The notes under the pieces were generated by a model. The model worked only from the letters and a program-made list of their open reading frames with translations, had not been told where the DNA came from and made no database searches. DNA of 64,000 nt from Paramoeba atlantica (Eukaryota; Protista; Discosea), in assembly GCA_977017575.1 (NCBI GenBank), contig CDRNVI010000053.1, positions 124,001-188,000 of the forward strand. The letters run 5' to 3'. Below are positions 24,201 through 35,029 of this stretch, piece after piece; position 1 is the first letter of the stretch; every line of letters begins with the position of its first letter. The position numbers and the translations under genes were made by a program.

Positions 24201-27200
24201 ACAGCTGAAAATAGCTTATTCGCTCACGTTTCTTTGTGCGGTGACACCCTAGATAAGCACTGTTCACAAATACAAAGCGTGGAGAATCGCATTGAACCTC
24301 TTGTTGCCTCGTGTGTCGAGGAAATCCTGCCGCAACACGAGCGTATTGTCGAACTTGGGCGTCGCTGTGATAATCATGCCGAGTCTCTCCAATCCTTGGC
24401 GAGTTCTGTACAAGCCATTGATCACCACATCACGGAGACCGATTCGAAGCTTGGCTCTGTTCATGACAACATTGCAGCCCTGCAGGGTCAGCTAAACACA
24501 GCTGAAAATAGCTTATCCGCTCACGTTTCTTTGTGTGGTGACACCCTAGATAAGCACTGTTCACAAATACAAAGCGTGGAGAATCGCATTGAACCTCTTG
24601 TTGCCTCGTGTGTCGAGGAAATCCTGCCGCAACACGAGCGTATTGTCGAGCTTGGGCGTCGCAGTGATAATCATGCCGAGTCTTTCCACACCTTGGCGAG
24701 TTCTGTACAAGCCATTGATCACCACATCACGGAGACCGATTCGAAGCTTGGCTCTGTTCATGACAACATTGCAGCCCTGCAGGGTCAGCTAAACACAGCT
24801 GAAAATAGCTTATTCGCTCACGTTTCTTTGTGCGGTGACACCCTAGATAAGCACTGTTCACAAATACAAAGCGTGGAGAATCGCATTGAACCTCTTGTTG
24901 CCTCGTGTGTCGAGGAAATCCTGCCGCAACACGAGCGTATTGTCGAGCTTGGGCGTCGCAGTGATAATCATGCCGAGTCTCTCCAATCCTTGGCGAGTTC
25001 TGTACAAGCCATTGATCACCACATCACGGAGACCGATTCGAAGCTTGGTTCTGTTCTTGACAACATTGCAGCCCTGCAGGGTCAGCTAAACACAGCTGAA
25101 AATAGCTTATCCGCTCACGTTTCTTTGTGTGGTGACACCCTAGATAAGCACTGTTCACAAATACAAAGCGTGGAGAATCGCATTGAACCTCTTGTTGCCT
25201 CGTGTGTCGAGGAAATCCTGCCGCAACACGAGCGTATTGTCGAACTTGGGCGTCGCTGTGATAATCATGCCGAGTCTCTCCAATCCTTGGCGAGTTCTGT
25301 ACAAGCCATTGATCACCACATCACGGAGACCGATTCGAAGCTTGGCTCTGTTCATGACAACATTGCAGCCCTGCAGGGTCAGCTAAACACAGCTGAAAAT
25401 AGCTTATCCGCTCACGTTTCTTTGTGTGGTGACACCCTAGATAAGCACTGTTCACAAATACAAAGCGTGGAGAATCGCATTGAACCTCTTGTTGCCTCGT
25501 GTGTCGAGGAAATCCTGCCGCAACACGAGCGTATTGTCGAACTTGGGCGTCGCTGTGATAATCATGCCGAGTCTCTCCAATCCTTGGCGAGTTCTGTACA
25601 AGCCATTGATCACCACATCACGGAGACCGATTCGAAGCTTGGCTCTGTTCATGACAACATTGCAGCCCTGCAGGGTCAGCTAAACACAGCTGAAAATAGC
25701 TTATCCGCTCACGTTTCTTTGTGTGGTGACACCCTAGATAAGCACTGTTCACAAATACAAAGCGTGGAGAATCGCATTGAACCTCTTGTTGCCTCGTGTG
25801 TCGAGGAAATCCTGCCGCAACACGAGCGTATTGTCGAACTTAGGCGTCGCAGTGATAATCATGCCGAGTCTCTCCAATCCTTGGCGAGTTCTGTACAAGC
25901 CATTGATCACCACATCACGGAGACCGATTCGAAGCTTGGCTCTGTTCATGACAACATTGCAGCCCTGCAGGGTCAGCTAAACACAGCTGAAAATAGCTTA
26001 TTCGCTCACGTTTCTTTGTGCGGTGACACCCTAGATAAGCACTGTTCACAAATACAAAGCGTGGAGAATCGCATTGAACCTCTTGTTGCCTCGTGTGTCG
26101 AGGAAATCCTGCCGCAACACGAGCGTATTGTCGAGCTTGGGCGTCGCTGTGATAATCATGCCGAGTCTTTCCACACCTTGGCGAGTTCTGTACAAGCCAT
26201 TGATCACCACATCACGGAGACCGATTCGAAGCTTGGCTCTGTTCATGACAACATTGCAGCCCTGCAGGGTCAGCTAAACACAGCTGAAAATAGCTTATCC
26301 GCTCACGTTTCTTTGTGTGGTGACACCCTAGATAAGCACTGTTCACAAATACAAAGCGTGGAGAATCGCATTGAACCTCTTGTTGCCTCGTGTGTCGAGG
26401 AAATCCTGCCGCAACACGAGCGTATTGTCGAGCTTGGGCGTCGCAGTGATAATCATGCCGAGTCTCTCCAATCCATGGCAAGTTCTGTACAAGCCATTGA
26501 TCACCACATCACGGAGACCGATTCGAAGCTTGGTTCTGTTCTTGACAACATTGCAGCCCTGCAGGGTCAGCTAAACACAGCTGAAAATAGCTTATCCGCT
26601 CACGTTTCTTTGTGTGGTGACACCCTAGATAAGCACTGTTCACAAATACAAAGCGTGGAGAATCGCATTGAACCTCTTGTTGCCTCGTGTGTCGAGGAAA
26701 TCCTGCCGCAACACGAGCGTATTGTCGAGCTTGGGCGTCGCAGTGATAATCATGCCGAGTCTCTCCAATCCATGGCAAGTTCTGTACAAGCCATTGATCA
26801 CCACATCACGGAGACCGATTCGAAGCTTGGTTCTGTTCTTGACAACATTGCAGCCCTGCAGGGTCAGCAAAACACAGCTGAAAATAGCTTATTCGCTCAC
26901 GTTTCTTTGTGTGGTGACACCCTAGATAAGCACTGCTCACAAATACAAAGCGTGGAGAATCGCATTGAACCTCTTGTTGCCTCGTGTGTCGAGGAAATCC
27001 TGCCGCAACACGAGCGTATTGTCGAGCTTGGGCGTCGCAGTGATAATCATGCCGAGTCTCTCCAATCCTTGGCGAGTTCTGTACAAGCCATTGATCACCA
27101 CATCACGGAGACCGATTCGAAGCTTGGCTCTGTTCATGACAACATTGCAGCCCTGCAGGGTCAGCTAAATGCAGCTGAAAATAGCTTATCCGCTCACGTT

Positions 27201-30200
27201 TCTTTGTGTGGTGACACCCTAGATAAGCACTGTTCACAAATACAAAGCGTGGAGAATCGCATTGAACCTCTTGTTGCCTCGTGTGTCGAGGAAATCCTGC
27301 CGCGACACGAGCGTATTGTCGAGCTTGGGCGTCGCAGTGATAATCATGCCGAGTCTCTCCACTCCTTGGCGAGTTCTGTACAAGCCATTGATCACCACAT
27401 CACGGAGACCGATTCGAAGCTTGGCTCTGTTCATGACAACATTGCAGCCCTGCAGGGTCAGCTAAACACAGCTGAAAATAGCTTTTCCACTCACGTTTCT
27501 TTGTGCGGTGACACCCTAGATAAGCACTGTTCACAAATACAAAGCGTGGAGAATCGCATTGAACCTCTTTTTGCCTCGTGTGTCGAGGAAATCCTGCCGC
27601 AACACGAGCGTATTGTCGAACTTGGGCGTCGCAGTGATAATCATGCCGAGTCTCTCCAATCCTTGGCGAGTTCTGTACAAGCCATTGATCACCACATCAC
27701 GGAGACCGATTCGAAGCTTGGTTCTGTTCTTGACAACATTGCAGCCCTGCAGGGTCAGCTAAACACAGCTGAAAATAGCTTATCCGCTCACGTTTCTTTG
27801 TGTGGTGACACCCTAGATAAGCACTGTTCACAAATACAAAGCGTGGAGAATCGCATTGAACCTCTTGTTGCCTCGTGTGTCGAGGAAATCCTGCCGCAAC
27901 ACGAGCGTATTGTCGAACTTAGGCGTCGCAGTGATAATCATGCCGAGTCTCTCCAATCCTTGGCGAGTTCTGTACAAGCCATTGATCACCACATCACGGA
28001 GACCGATTCGAAGCTTGGTTCTGTTCTTGACAACATTGCAGCCCTGCAGGGTCAGCAAAACACAGCTGAAAATAGCTTATCCGCTCACGTTTCTTTGTGT
28101 GGTGACACCCTAGATAAGCACTGTTCACAAATACAAAGCGTGGAGAATCGCATTGAACCTCTTTTTGCCTCGTGTGTCGAGGAAATCCTGCCGCAACACG
28201 AGCGTATTGTCGAACTTGGGCGTCGCAGTGATAATCATGCCGAGTCTCTCCAATCCTTGGCGAGTTCTGTACAAGCCATTGATCACCACATCACGGAGAC
28301 CGATTCGAAGCTTGGTTCTGTTCTTGACAACATTGCAGCCCTGCAGGGTCAGCTAAACACAGCTGAAAATAGCTTATCCGCTCACGTTTCTTTGTGTGGT
28401 GACACCCTAGATAAGCACTGTTCACAAATACAAAGCGTGGAGAATCGCATTGAACCTCTTGTTGCCTCGTGTGTCGAGGAAATCCTGCCGCAACACGAGC
28501 GTATTGTCGAACTTAGGCGTCGCAGTGATAATCATGCCGAGTCTCTCCAATCCTTGGCGAGTTCTGTACAAGCCATTGATCACCACATCACGGAGACCGA
28601 TTCGAAGCTTGGTTCTGTTCTTGACAACATTGCAGCCCTGCAGGGTCAGCAAAACACAGCTGAAAATAGCTTATCCGCTCACGTTTCTTTGTGTGGTGAC
28701 ACCCTAGATAAGCACTGTTCACAAATACAAAGCGTGGAGAATCGCATTGAACCTCTTGTTGCCTCGTGTGTCGAGGAAATCCTGCCGCAACACGAGCGTA
28801 TTGTCGAACTTAGGCGTCGCAGTGATAATCATGCCGAGTCTCTCCAATCCTTGGCGAGTTCTGTACAAGCCATTGATCACCACATCACGGAGACCGATTC
28901 GAAGCTTGGCTCTGTTCATGACAACATTGCAGCCCTGCAGGGTCAGCTAAACACAGCTGAAAATAGCTTATTCGCTCACGTTTCTTTGTGCGGTGACACC
29001 CTAGATAAGCACTGTTCACAAATACAAAGCGTGGAGAATCGCATTGAACCTCTTGTTGCCTCGTGTGTCGAGGAAATCCTGCCGCAACACGAGCGTATTG
29101 TCGAGCTTGGGCGTCGCTGTGATAATCATGCCGAGTCTTTCCACACCTTGGCGAGTTCTGTACAAGCCATTGATCACCACATCACGGAGACCGATTCGAA
29201 GCTTGGCTCTGTTCATGACAACATTGCAGCCCTGCAGGGTCAGTTAAATGCAGCTGAAAATAGCCTATCCGCTCACGTTTCTTTGTGTGGTGACACCCTA
29301 GATAAGCACTGTTCACAAATACAAAGCGTGGAGAATCGCATTGAACCTCTTGTTGCCTCGTGGGTCGAGGAAATCCTGCCGCAACACGAGCGTATTGTCG
29401 AGCTTGGGCGTCGCTGTGATAATCATGCCGAGTCTCTCCAATCCTTGGCGAGTTCTGTACAAGCCATTGATCACCACATCACGGAGACCGATTCGAAGCT
29501 TGGTTCTGTTCTTGACAACATTGCAGCCCTGCAGGGTCAGCTAAACACAGCTGAAAATAGCTTATCCGCTCACGTTTCTTTGTGTGGTGACACCCTAGAT
29601 AAGCACTGTTCACAAATACAAAGCGTGGAGAATCGCATTGAACCTCTTGTTGCCTCGTGTGTCGAGGAAATCCTGCCGCAACACGAGCGTATTGTCGAAC
29701 TTGGGCGTCGCTGTGATAATCATGCCGAGTCTCTCCAATCCTTGGCGAGTTCTGTACAAGCCATTGATCACCACATCACGGAGACCGATTCGAAGCTTGG
29801 CTCTGTTCATGACAACATTGCAGCCCTGCAGGGTCAGCTAAACACAGCTGAAAATAGCTTATCCGCTCACGTTTCTTTGTGTGGTGACACCCTAGATAAG
29901 CACTGTTCACAAATACAAAGCGTGGAGAATCGCATTGAACCTCTTGTTGCCTCGTGTGTCGAGGAAATCCTGCCGCAACACGAGCGTATTGTCGAACTTA
30001 GGCGTCGCAGTGATAATCATGCCGAGTCTCTCCAATCCTTGGCGAGTTCTGTACAAGCCATTGATCACCACATCACGGAGACCGATTCGAAGCTTGGCTC
30101 TGTTCATGACAACATTGCAGCCCTGCAGGGTCAGCTAAACACAGCTGAAAATAGCTTATCCGCTCACGTTTCTTTGTGTGGTGACACCCTAGATAAGCAC

Positions 30201-33200
30201 TGTTCACAAATACAAAGCGTGGAGAATCGCATTGAACCTCTTGTTGCCTCGTGTGTCGAGGAAATCCTGCCGCAACACGAGCGTATTGTCGAACTTAGGC
30301 GTCGCAGTGATAATCATGCCGAGTCTCTCCAATCCTTGGCGAGTTCTGTACAAGCCATTGATCACCACATCACGGAGACCGATTCGAAGCTTGGCTCTGT
30401 TCATGACAACATTGCAGCCCTGCAGGGTCAGCTAAACACAGCTGAAAATAGCTTATTCGCTCACGTTTCTTTGTGCGGTGACACCCTAGATAAGCACTGT
30501 TCACAAATACAAAGCGTGGAGAATCGCATTGAACCTCTTGTTGCCTCGTGTGTCGAGGAAATCCTGCCGCGACACGAGCGTATTGTCGAGCTTGGGCGTC
30601 GCAGTGATAATCATGCCGAGTCTCTCCACTCCTTGGCGAGTTCTGTACAAGCCATTGATCACCACATCACGGAGACCGATTCGAAGCTTGGCTCTGTTCA
30701 TGACAACATTGCAGCCCTGCAGGGTCAGCTAAACACAGCTGAAAATAGCTTTTCCACTCACGTTTCTTTGTGCGGTGACACCCTAGATAAGCACTGTTCA
30801 CAAATACAAAGCGTGGAGAATCGCATTGAACCTCTTTTTGCCTCGTGTGTCGAGGAAATCCTGCCGCAACACGAGCGTATTGTCGAACTTGGGCGTCGCA
30901 GTGATAATCATGCCGAGTCTCTCCAATCCTTGGCGAGTTCTGTACAAGCCATTGATCACCACATCACGGAGACCGATTCGAAGCTTGGCTCTGTTCATGA
31001 CAACATTGCAGCCCTGCAGGGTCAGCTAAACACAGCTGAAAATAGCTTATCCGCTCACGTTTCTTTGTGTGGTGACACCCTAGATAAGCACTGTTCACAA
31101 ATACAAAGCGTGGAGAATCGCATTGAACCTCTTGTTGCCTCGTGTGTCGAGGAAATCCTGCCGCAACACGAGCGTATTGTCGAACTTGGGCGTCGCAGTG
31201 ATAATCATGCCGAGTCTCTCCAATCCTTGGCGAGTTCTGTACAAGCCATTGATCACCACATCACGGAGACCGATTCGAAGCTTGGCTCTGTTCATGACAA
31301 CATTGCAGCCCTGCAGGGTCAGCTAAACACAGCTGAAAATAGCTTATCCGCTCACGTTTCTTTGTGTGGTGACACCCTAGATAAGCACTGTTCACAAATA
31401 CAATGCGTGGAGAATCGCATTGAACCTCTTGTTGCCTCGTGTGTCGAGGAAATCCTGCCGCAACACGAGCGTATTGTCGAGCTTGGGCGTCGCTGTGATA
31501 ATCATGCCGAGTCTCTCCAATCCTTGGCGAGTTCTGTACAAGCCATTGATCACCACATCACGGAGACCGATTCGAAGCTTGGTTCTGTTCTTGACAACAT
31601 TGCAGCCCTGCAGGGTCAGCAAAACACAGCTGAAAATAGCTTATCCGCTCACGTTTCTTTGTGTGGTGACACCCTAGATAAGCACTGCTCACAAATACAA
31701 AGCGTGGAGAATCGCATTGAACCTCTTGTTGCCTCGTGTGTCGAGGAAATCCTGCCGCAACACGAGCGTATTGTCGAGCTTGGGCGTCGCAGTCATAATC
31801 ATGCAGAGTCTCTCCAATCCTTGGCGAGTTCTGCACAAGCCATGGATCACCACATTACGGAGACCGATTCGAAGCTTGGCTCTGTTCATGACAACATTGC
31901 AGCCCTGCAGGGTCAGTTAAATGCAGCTGAAAATAGCCTATCCGCTCACGTTTCTTTGTGTGGTGACACCCTAGATAAGCACTGTTCACAAATACAAAGC
32001 GTGGAGAATCGCATTGAACCTCTTGTTGCCTCGTGGGTCGAGGAAATCCTGCCGCAACACGAGCGTATTGTCGAGCTTGGGCGTCGCAGTGATAATCATG
32101 CCGAGTCTCTCCAATCCTTGGCGAGTTCTGTACAAGCCATTGATCACCACATCACGGAGACCGATTCGAAGCTTGGCTCTGTTCATGACAACATTGCAGC
32201 CCTGCAGGGTCAGCTAAACACAGCTGAAAATAGCTTATCCGCTCACGTTTCTTTGTGTGGTGACACCCTAGATAAGCACTGTTCACAAATACAAAGCGTG
32301 GAGAATCGCATTGAACCTCTTGTTGCCTCGTGTGTCGAGGAAATCCTGCCGCAACACGAGCGTATTGTCGAACTTGGGCGTCGCAGTGATAATCATGCCG
32401 AGTCTCTCCAATCCTTGGCGAGTTCTGTACAAGCCATTGATCACCACATCACGGAGACCGATTCGAAGCTTGGCTCTGTTCATGACAACATTGCAGCCCT
32501 GCAGGGTCAGCTAAACACAGCTGAAAATAGCTTATCCGCTCACGTTTCTTTGTGTGGTGACACCCTAGATAAGCACTGTTCACAAATACAATGCGTGGAG
32601 AATCGCATTGAACCTCTTGTTGCCTCGTGTGTCGAGGAAATCCTGCCGCAACACGAGCGTATTGTCGAGCTTGGGCGTCGCTGTGATAATCATGCCGAGT
32701 CTCTCCAATCCTTGGCGAGTTCTGTACAAGCCATTGATCACCACATCACGGAGACCGATTCGAAGCTTGGTTCTGTTCTTGACAACATTGCAGCCCTGCA
32801 GGGTCAGCAAAACACAGCTGAAAATAGCTTATCCGCTCACGTTTCTTTGTGTGGTGACACCCTAGATAAGCACTGCTCACAAATACAAAGCGTGGAGAAT
32901 CGCATTGAACCTCTTGTTGCCTCGTGTGTCGAGGAAATCCTGCCGCAACACGAGCGTATTGTCGAGCTTGGGCGTCGCAGTCATAATCATGCAGAGTCTC
33001 TCCAATCCTTGGCGAGTTCTGCACAAGCCATGGATCACCACATTACGGAGACCGATTCGAAGCTTGGCTCTGTTCATGACAACATTGCAGCCCTGCAGGG
33101 TCAGTTAAATGCAGCTGAAAATAGCCTATCCGCTCACGTTTCTTTGTGTGGTGACACCCTAGATAAGCACTGTTCACAAATACAAAGCGTGGAGAATCGC

Positions 33201-33914
33201 ATTGAACCTCTTGTTGCCTCGTGGGTCGAGGAAATCCTGCCGCAACACGAGCGTATTGTCGAGCTTGGGCGTCGCAGTGATAATCATGCCGAGTCTCTCC
33301 ACTCCTTGGCGAGTTCTGTACAATCCATTGATCACCACATTACGGAGACCGATTCGAAGCTTGGCTCTGTTCATGACAACATTGCAGCCCTGCAGGGTCA
33401 GCTAAATGCAGCTGAAAATAGCTTATCCACTCACGTTTCTTTGTGTGGTGACACCCTAGATAAGCACTGTTCACAAATGCAAAGCGTGGGGAATCGCATT
33501 GAACCTCTTGTTGCCTCGTGTGTCGAGGAAATCCTGCAGCGACACGAGCGTATTGTCGAGCTTGGGCGTCGCAGTGATAATCATGCAGAGTCTCTCCACT
33601 CATTGGCAATTTCGATGGATTCGAAATATTGTTTATTACATGAGGACCTTGCATTACAAAAAAGTGGTTCTTTTCAAACTGTGAGAGAGCAGACTTTGGA
33701 CATTTTTCGCGCTTTGGAGGGCAGTCTTGTATCATATTTCTGTCTTGCATTGGAAAAACGAGATGTTTACTTGGATTACGCATTAACAATGATAGGTACA
33801 TGTTCCCCGAGTATTGACAACTCTGCCTACGAATTTCCACCTGGGTTTGATGCAGCCTCTTTAATTCTTGATTTGCATAGCCGTATCGTGAATTTGGAAT
33901 GTGGTGCATTGTAA
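21297..33914 (+). CDS. Giant membrane-anchored coiled-coil protein with 38 x 99-aa repeats (unknown function)
   Basis: Uninterrupted 4205-aa ORF with two N-terminal hydrophobic segments (YIYVTVLYTCLLWY; ALLLALFCVLLFYI), a coiled-coil linker and a tandem repeat. Confidence 0.85.
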   Translation: MSGKLFVRRPAYMYIYVTVLYTCLLWYQNSQIQKQHERFSELVHWSGSVSHPGVHSNQNCGSNHTCIAGIGALYGFSSDVSPSINNEACNLNTHLRNAPKNERYPTTPLYQTVKNSSLQTLDNTRSNRECSNSELLWTQGSFIRDGDDSLVHSQEHVPKSIGRQSLHYSIIRNEFNTLYINRDSTLVIPASQVSSKESSIPPSALLLALFCVLLFYIQAYDQSNTIFNFPMKGINHVLQERKLKITEHDDTLKQQDEKILDLHLQNRTHRQHKLTQTLYNIKIIGQLRSCMEQQKILYLALSRSQQSHNDRIEILNQEAKTLQTRISQTRHHIQTKTATQLANFKQHFEQISTERTQKNESSQNKVGDIQDQLNETKKTLSAHVSLCGDTLDKHCSQIQSVENRIEPLVASCVEEILPQHERIVELGRRSDNHAESLQSLASSVQAIDHHITETDSKLGSVHDNIAALQGQLNTAENSLSAHVSLCGDTLDKHCSQIQSVENRIEPLVASCVEEILPQHERIVELGRRSDNHAESLQSMASSVQAIDHHITETDSKLGSVLDNIAALQGQLNTAENSLSAHVSLCGDTLDKHCSQIQSVENRIEPLVASCVEEILPQHERIVELGRRSDNHAESLQSLASSVQAIDHHITETDSKLGSVHDNIAALQGQLNTAENSLSAHVSLCGDTLDKHCSQIQSVENRIEPLVASCVEEILPQHERIVELRRRSDNHAESLQSLASSVQAIDHHITETDSKLGSVHDNIAALQGQLNTAENSLSAHVSLCGDTLDKHCSQIQSVENRIEPLVASCVEEILPQHERIVELGRRCDNHAESLQSLASSVQAIDHHITETDSKLGSVHDNIAALQGQLNTAENSLSAHVSLCGDTLDKHCSQIQSVENRIEPLVASCVEEILPQHERIVELGRRSDNHAESLQSMASSVQAIDHHITETDSKLGSVLDNIAALQGQQNTAENSLFAHVSLCGDTLDKHCSQIQSVENRIEPLVASCVEEILPQHERIVELGRRCDNHAESLQSLASSVQAIDHHITETDSKLGSVHDNIAALQGQLNTAENSLSAHVSLCGDTLDKHCSQIQSVENRIEPLVASCVEEILPQHERIVELGRRSDNHAESFHTLASSVQAIDHHITETDSKLGSVHDNIAALQGQLNTAENSLFAHVSLCGDTLDKHCSQIQSVENRIEPLVASCVEEILPQHERIVELGRRSDNHAESLQSLASSVQAIDHHITETDSKLGSVLDNIAALQGQLNTAENSLSAHVSLCGDTLDKHCSQIQSVENRIEPLVASCVEEILPQHERIVELGRRCDNHAESLQSLASSVQAIDHHITETDSKLGSVHDNIAALQGQLNTAENSLSAHVSLCGDTLDKHCSQIQSVENRIEPLVASCVEEILPQHERIVELGRRCDNHAESLQSLASSVQAIDHHITETDSKLGSVHDNIAALQGQLNTAENSLSAHVSLCGDTLDKHCSQIQSVENRIEPLVASCVEEILPQHERIVELRRRSDNHAESLQSLASSVQAIDHHITETDSKLGSVHDNIAALQGQLNTAENSLFAHVSLCGDTLDKHCSQIQSVENRIEPLVASCVEEILPQHERIVELGRRCDNHAESFHTLASSVQAIDHHITETDSKLGSVHDNIAALQGQLNTAENSLSAHVSLCGDTLDKHCSQIQSVENRIEPLVASCVEEILPQHERIVELGRRSDNHAESLQSMASSVQAIDHHITETDSKLGSVLDNIAALQGQLNTAENSLSAHVSLCGDTLDKHCSQIQSVENRIEPLVASCVEEILPQHERIVELGRRSDNHAESLQSMASSVQAIDHHITETDSKLGSVLDNIAALQGQQNTAENSLFAHVSLCGDTLDKHCSQIQSVENRIEPLVASCVEEILPQHERIVELGRRSDNHAESLQSLASSVQAIDHHITETDSKLGSVHDNIAALQGQLNAAENSLSAHVSLCGDTLDKHCSQIQSVENRIEPLVASCVEEILPRHERIVELGRRSDNHAESLHSLASSVQAIDHHITETDSKLGSVHDNIAALQGQLNTAENSFSTHVSLCGDTLDKHCSQIQSVENRIEPLFASCVEEILPQHERIVELGRRSDNHAESLQSLASSVQAIDHHITETDSKLGSVLDNIAALQGQLNTAENSLSAHVSLCGDTLDKHCSQIQSVENRIEPLVASCVEEILPQHERIVELRRRSDNHAESLQSLASSVQAIDHHITETDSKLGSVLDNIAALQGQQNTAENSLSAHVSLCGDTLDKHCSQIQSVENRIEPLFASCVEEILPQHERIVELGRRSDNHAESLQSLASSVQAIDHHITETDSKLGSVLDNIAALQGQLNTAENSLSAHVSLCGDTLDKHCSQIQSVENRIEPLVASCVEEILPQHERIVELRRRSDNHAESLQSLASSVQAIDHHITETDSKLGSVLDNIAALQGQQNTAENSLSAHVSLCGDTLDKHCSQIQSVENRIEPLVASCVEEILPQHERIVELRRRSDNHAESLQSLASSVQAIDHHITETDSKLGSVHDNIAALQGQLNTAENSLFAHVSLCGDTLDKHCSQIQSVENRIEPLVASCVEEILPQHERIVELGRRCDNHAESFHTLASSVQAIDHHITETDSKLGSVHDNIAALQGQLNAAENSLSAHVSLCGDTLDKHCSQIQSVENRIEPLVASWVEEILPQHERIVELGRRCDNHAESLQSLASSVQAIDHHITETDSKLGSVLDNIAALQGQLNTAENSLSAHVSLCGDTLDKHCSQIQSVENRIEPLVASCVEEILPQHERIVELGRRCDNHAESLQSLASSVQAIDHHITETDSKLGSVHDNIAALQGQLNTAENSLSAHVSLCGDTLDKHCSQIQSVENRIEPLVASCVEEILPQHERIVELRRRSDNHAESLQSLASSVQAIDHHITETDSKLGSVHDNIAALQGQLNTAENSLSAHVSLCGDTLDKHCSQIQSVENRIEPLVASCVEEILPQHERIVELRRRSDNHAESLQSLASSVQAIDHHITETDSKLGSVHDNIAALQGQLNTAENSLFAHVSLCGDTLDKHCSQIQSVENRIEPLVASCVEEILPRHERIVELGRRSDNHAESLHSLASSVQAIDHHITETDSKLGSVHDNIAALQGQLNTAENSFSTHVSLCGDTLDKHCSQIQSVENRIEPLFASCVEEILPQHERIVELGRRSDNHAESLQSLASSVQAIDHHITETDSKLGSVHDNIAALQGQLNTAENSLSAHVSLCGDTLDKHCSQIQSVENRIEPLVASCVEEILPQHERIVELGRRSDNHAESLQSLASSVQAIDHHITETDSKLGSVHDNIAALQGQLNTAENSLSAHVSLCGDTLDKHCSQIQCVENRIEPLVASCVEEILPQHERIVELGRRCDNHAESLQSLASSVQAIDHHITETDSKLGSVLDNIAALQGQQNTAENSLSAHVSLCGDTLDKHCSQIQSVENRIEPLVASCVEEILPQHERIVELGRRSHNHAESLQSLASSAQAMDHHITETDSKLGSVHDNIAALQGQLNAAENSLSAHVSLCGDTLDKHCSQIQSVENRIEPLVASWVEEILPQHERIVELGRRSDNHAESLQSLASSVQAIDHHITETDSKLGSVHDNIAALQGQLNTAENSLSAHVSLCGDTLDKHCSQIQSVENRIEPLVASCVEEILPQHERIVELGRRSDNHAESLQSLASSVQAIDHHITETDSKLGSVHDNIAALQGQLNTAENSLSAHVSLCGDTLDKHCSQIQCVENRIEPLVASCVEEILPQHERIVELGRRCDNHAESLQSLASSVQAIDHHITETDSKLGSVLDNIAALQGQQNTAENSLSAHVSLCGDTLDKHCSQIQSVENRIEPLVASCVEEILPQHERIVELGRRSHNHAESLQSLASSAQAMDHHITETDSKLGSVHDNIAALQGQLNAAENSLSAHVSLCGDTLDKHCSQIQSVENRIEPLVASWVEEILPQHERIVELGRRSDNHAESLHSLASSVQSIDHHITETDSKLGSVHDNIAALQGQLNAAENSLSTHVSLCGDTLDKHCSQMQSVGNRIEPLVASCVEEILQRHERIVELGRRSDNHAESLHSLAISMDSKYCLLHEDLALQKSGSFQTVREQTLDIFRALEGSLVSYFCLALEKRDVYLDYALTMIGTCSPSIDNSAYEFPPGFDAASLILDLHSRIVNLECGAL
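22435..33605 (+). repeat. 297-bp coding tandem repeat, 38 units (last one partial)
   Basis: Constant 297-bp period visible in the sequence and in the ORF track (e.g. 22807, 23104 ... 33499). Confidence 0.98.
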
Positions 33915-35029
33915 CGGTGGGTTCATTCAGAATAGGGGGGTATAGTATCTAATAGAATGCTGGAGATACATGTACGTACCTACATGTACGTAGACTACGT
34001 GTGTGTAACCTCTATGGCCCGATGGCGAGGAAGTGTCTTGAGGTTTGCAGTTCTCATTTCTGCTCCAACCTGAAGATGCGCCCTGACTTTACATCTCACC
34101 TGGCTTACCTGATTTTTCAGTTTTGAATATTTATTGCTTTGCAAAAATCGCACTCCAAAAGAGCTCAAAATTTTGATTTAATAGTTTTTGGTAAACCGCA
34201 TTGACAACGTTCCGACCGAACGAAACGCCTTATAAGACTTAAGTCGCTCGTAATCCATCACGAGTGCCGTGCGCATCTCGGGACACGCGCGGGAAGAAGG
34301 TAAGCACAGGGGGCGGTGCCTCTTCGTCATGAATCACCAACAAATGTACCATTTTTGAAAAAAATATACTCTGTGGAAAAAAAATACTCTTTTTTGCAGT
34401 TGTTTTCCGGTTTAGGTATGATACAGGTGTCCACGGGTGAAACGGACCTCGGATTCGGAACGATTCGGTCGAAAAACAGTCCCATACAAAATATTTCCAA
34501 AATCGGACATAATACAAGACCTGTAGGGGGGAGTAAAAGAGGCTGAACACTACTGTAGATTTATATAGATTTATAATACTATACATGTATAGTACTACAA
34601 TTTTGTATATAGTATTGTATATAGTACTATAATGTTTTTTTCAAATACTATAAATATAAATAAAGTATAATATACTATACCCCCCCTACTTATTGTCACC
34701 CCTTTTTGGAGAAAAGTGACAAATAAGTAGGGGGGTTGGTGTGTGACAAATAACTAGGGGGGTGACGTTCGGTGGGTGACAAATAACTAGGGGGGTAGGT
34801 GTCGTTGGGAGCGGCCAAAATAGAAACACTTTGTGACCTTCCCGCAGCGGGAAATTACGTCACCTTGCACACCAAACAAAGCACGGTACATGTGTGTCAC
34901 TACATGAAGTGCACACGTGTTCTCTCCAGGCTTGCTGCGGACATGACATGCATACAACGAAGTATGATGATTGAGGAGCCTCAAGATACTCGCAAAGTCT
35001 CTCTTTGAATACTTTCACATTATCTTTGT

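Noticed and set aside
22482-33684. Dozens of 60-92-aa ORFs on both strands inside the array
   Set aside because: Shadow frames of the 297-bp coding repeat.
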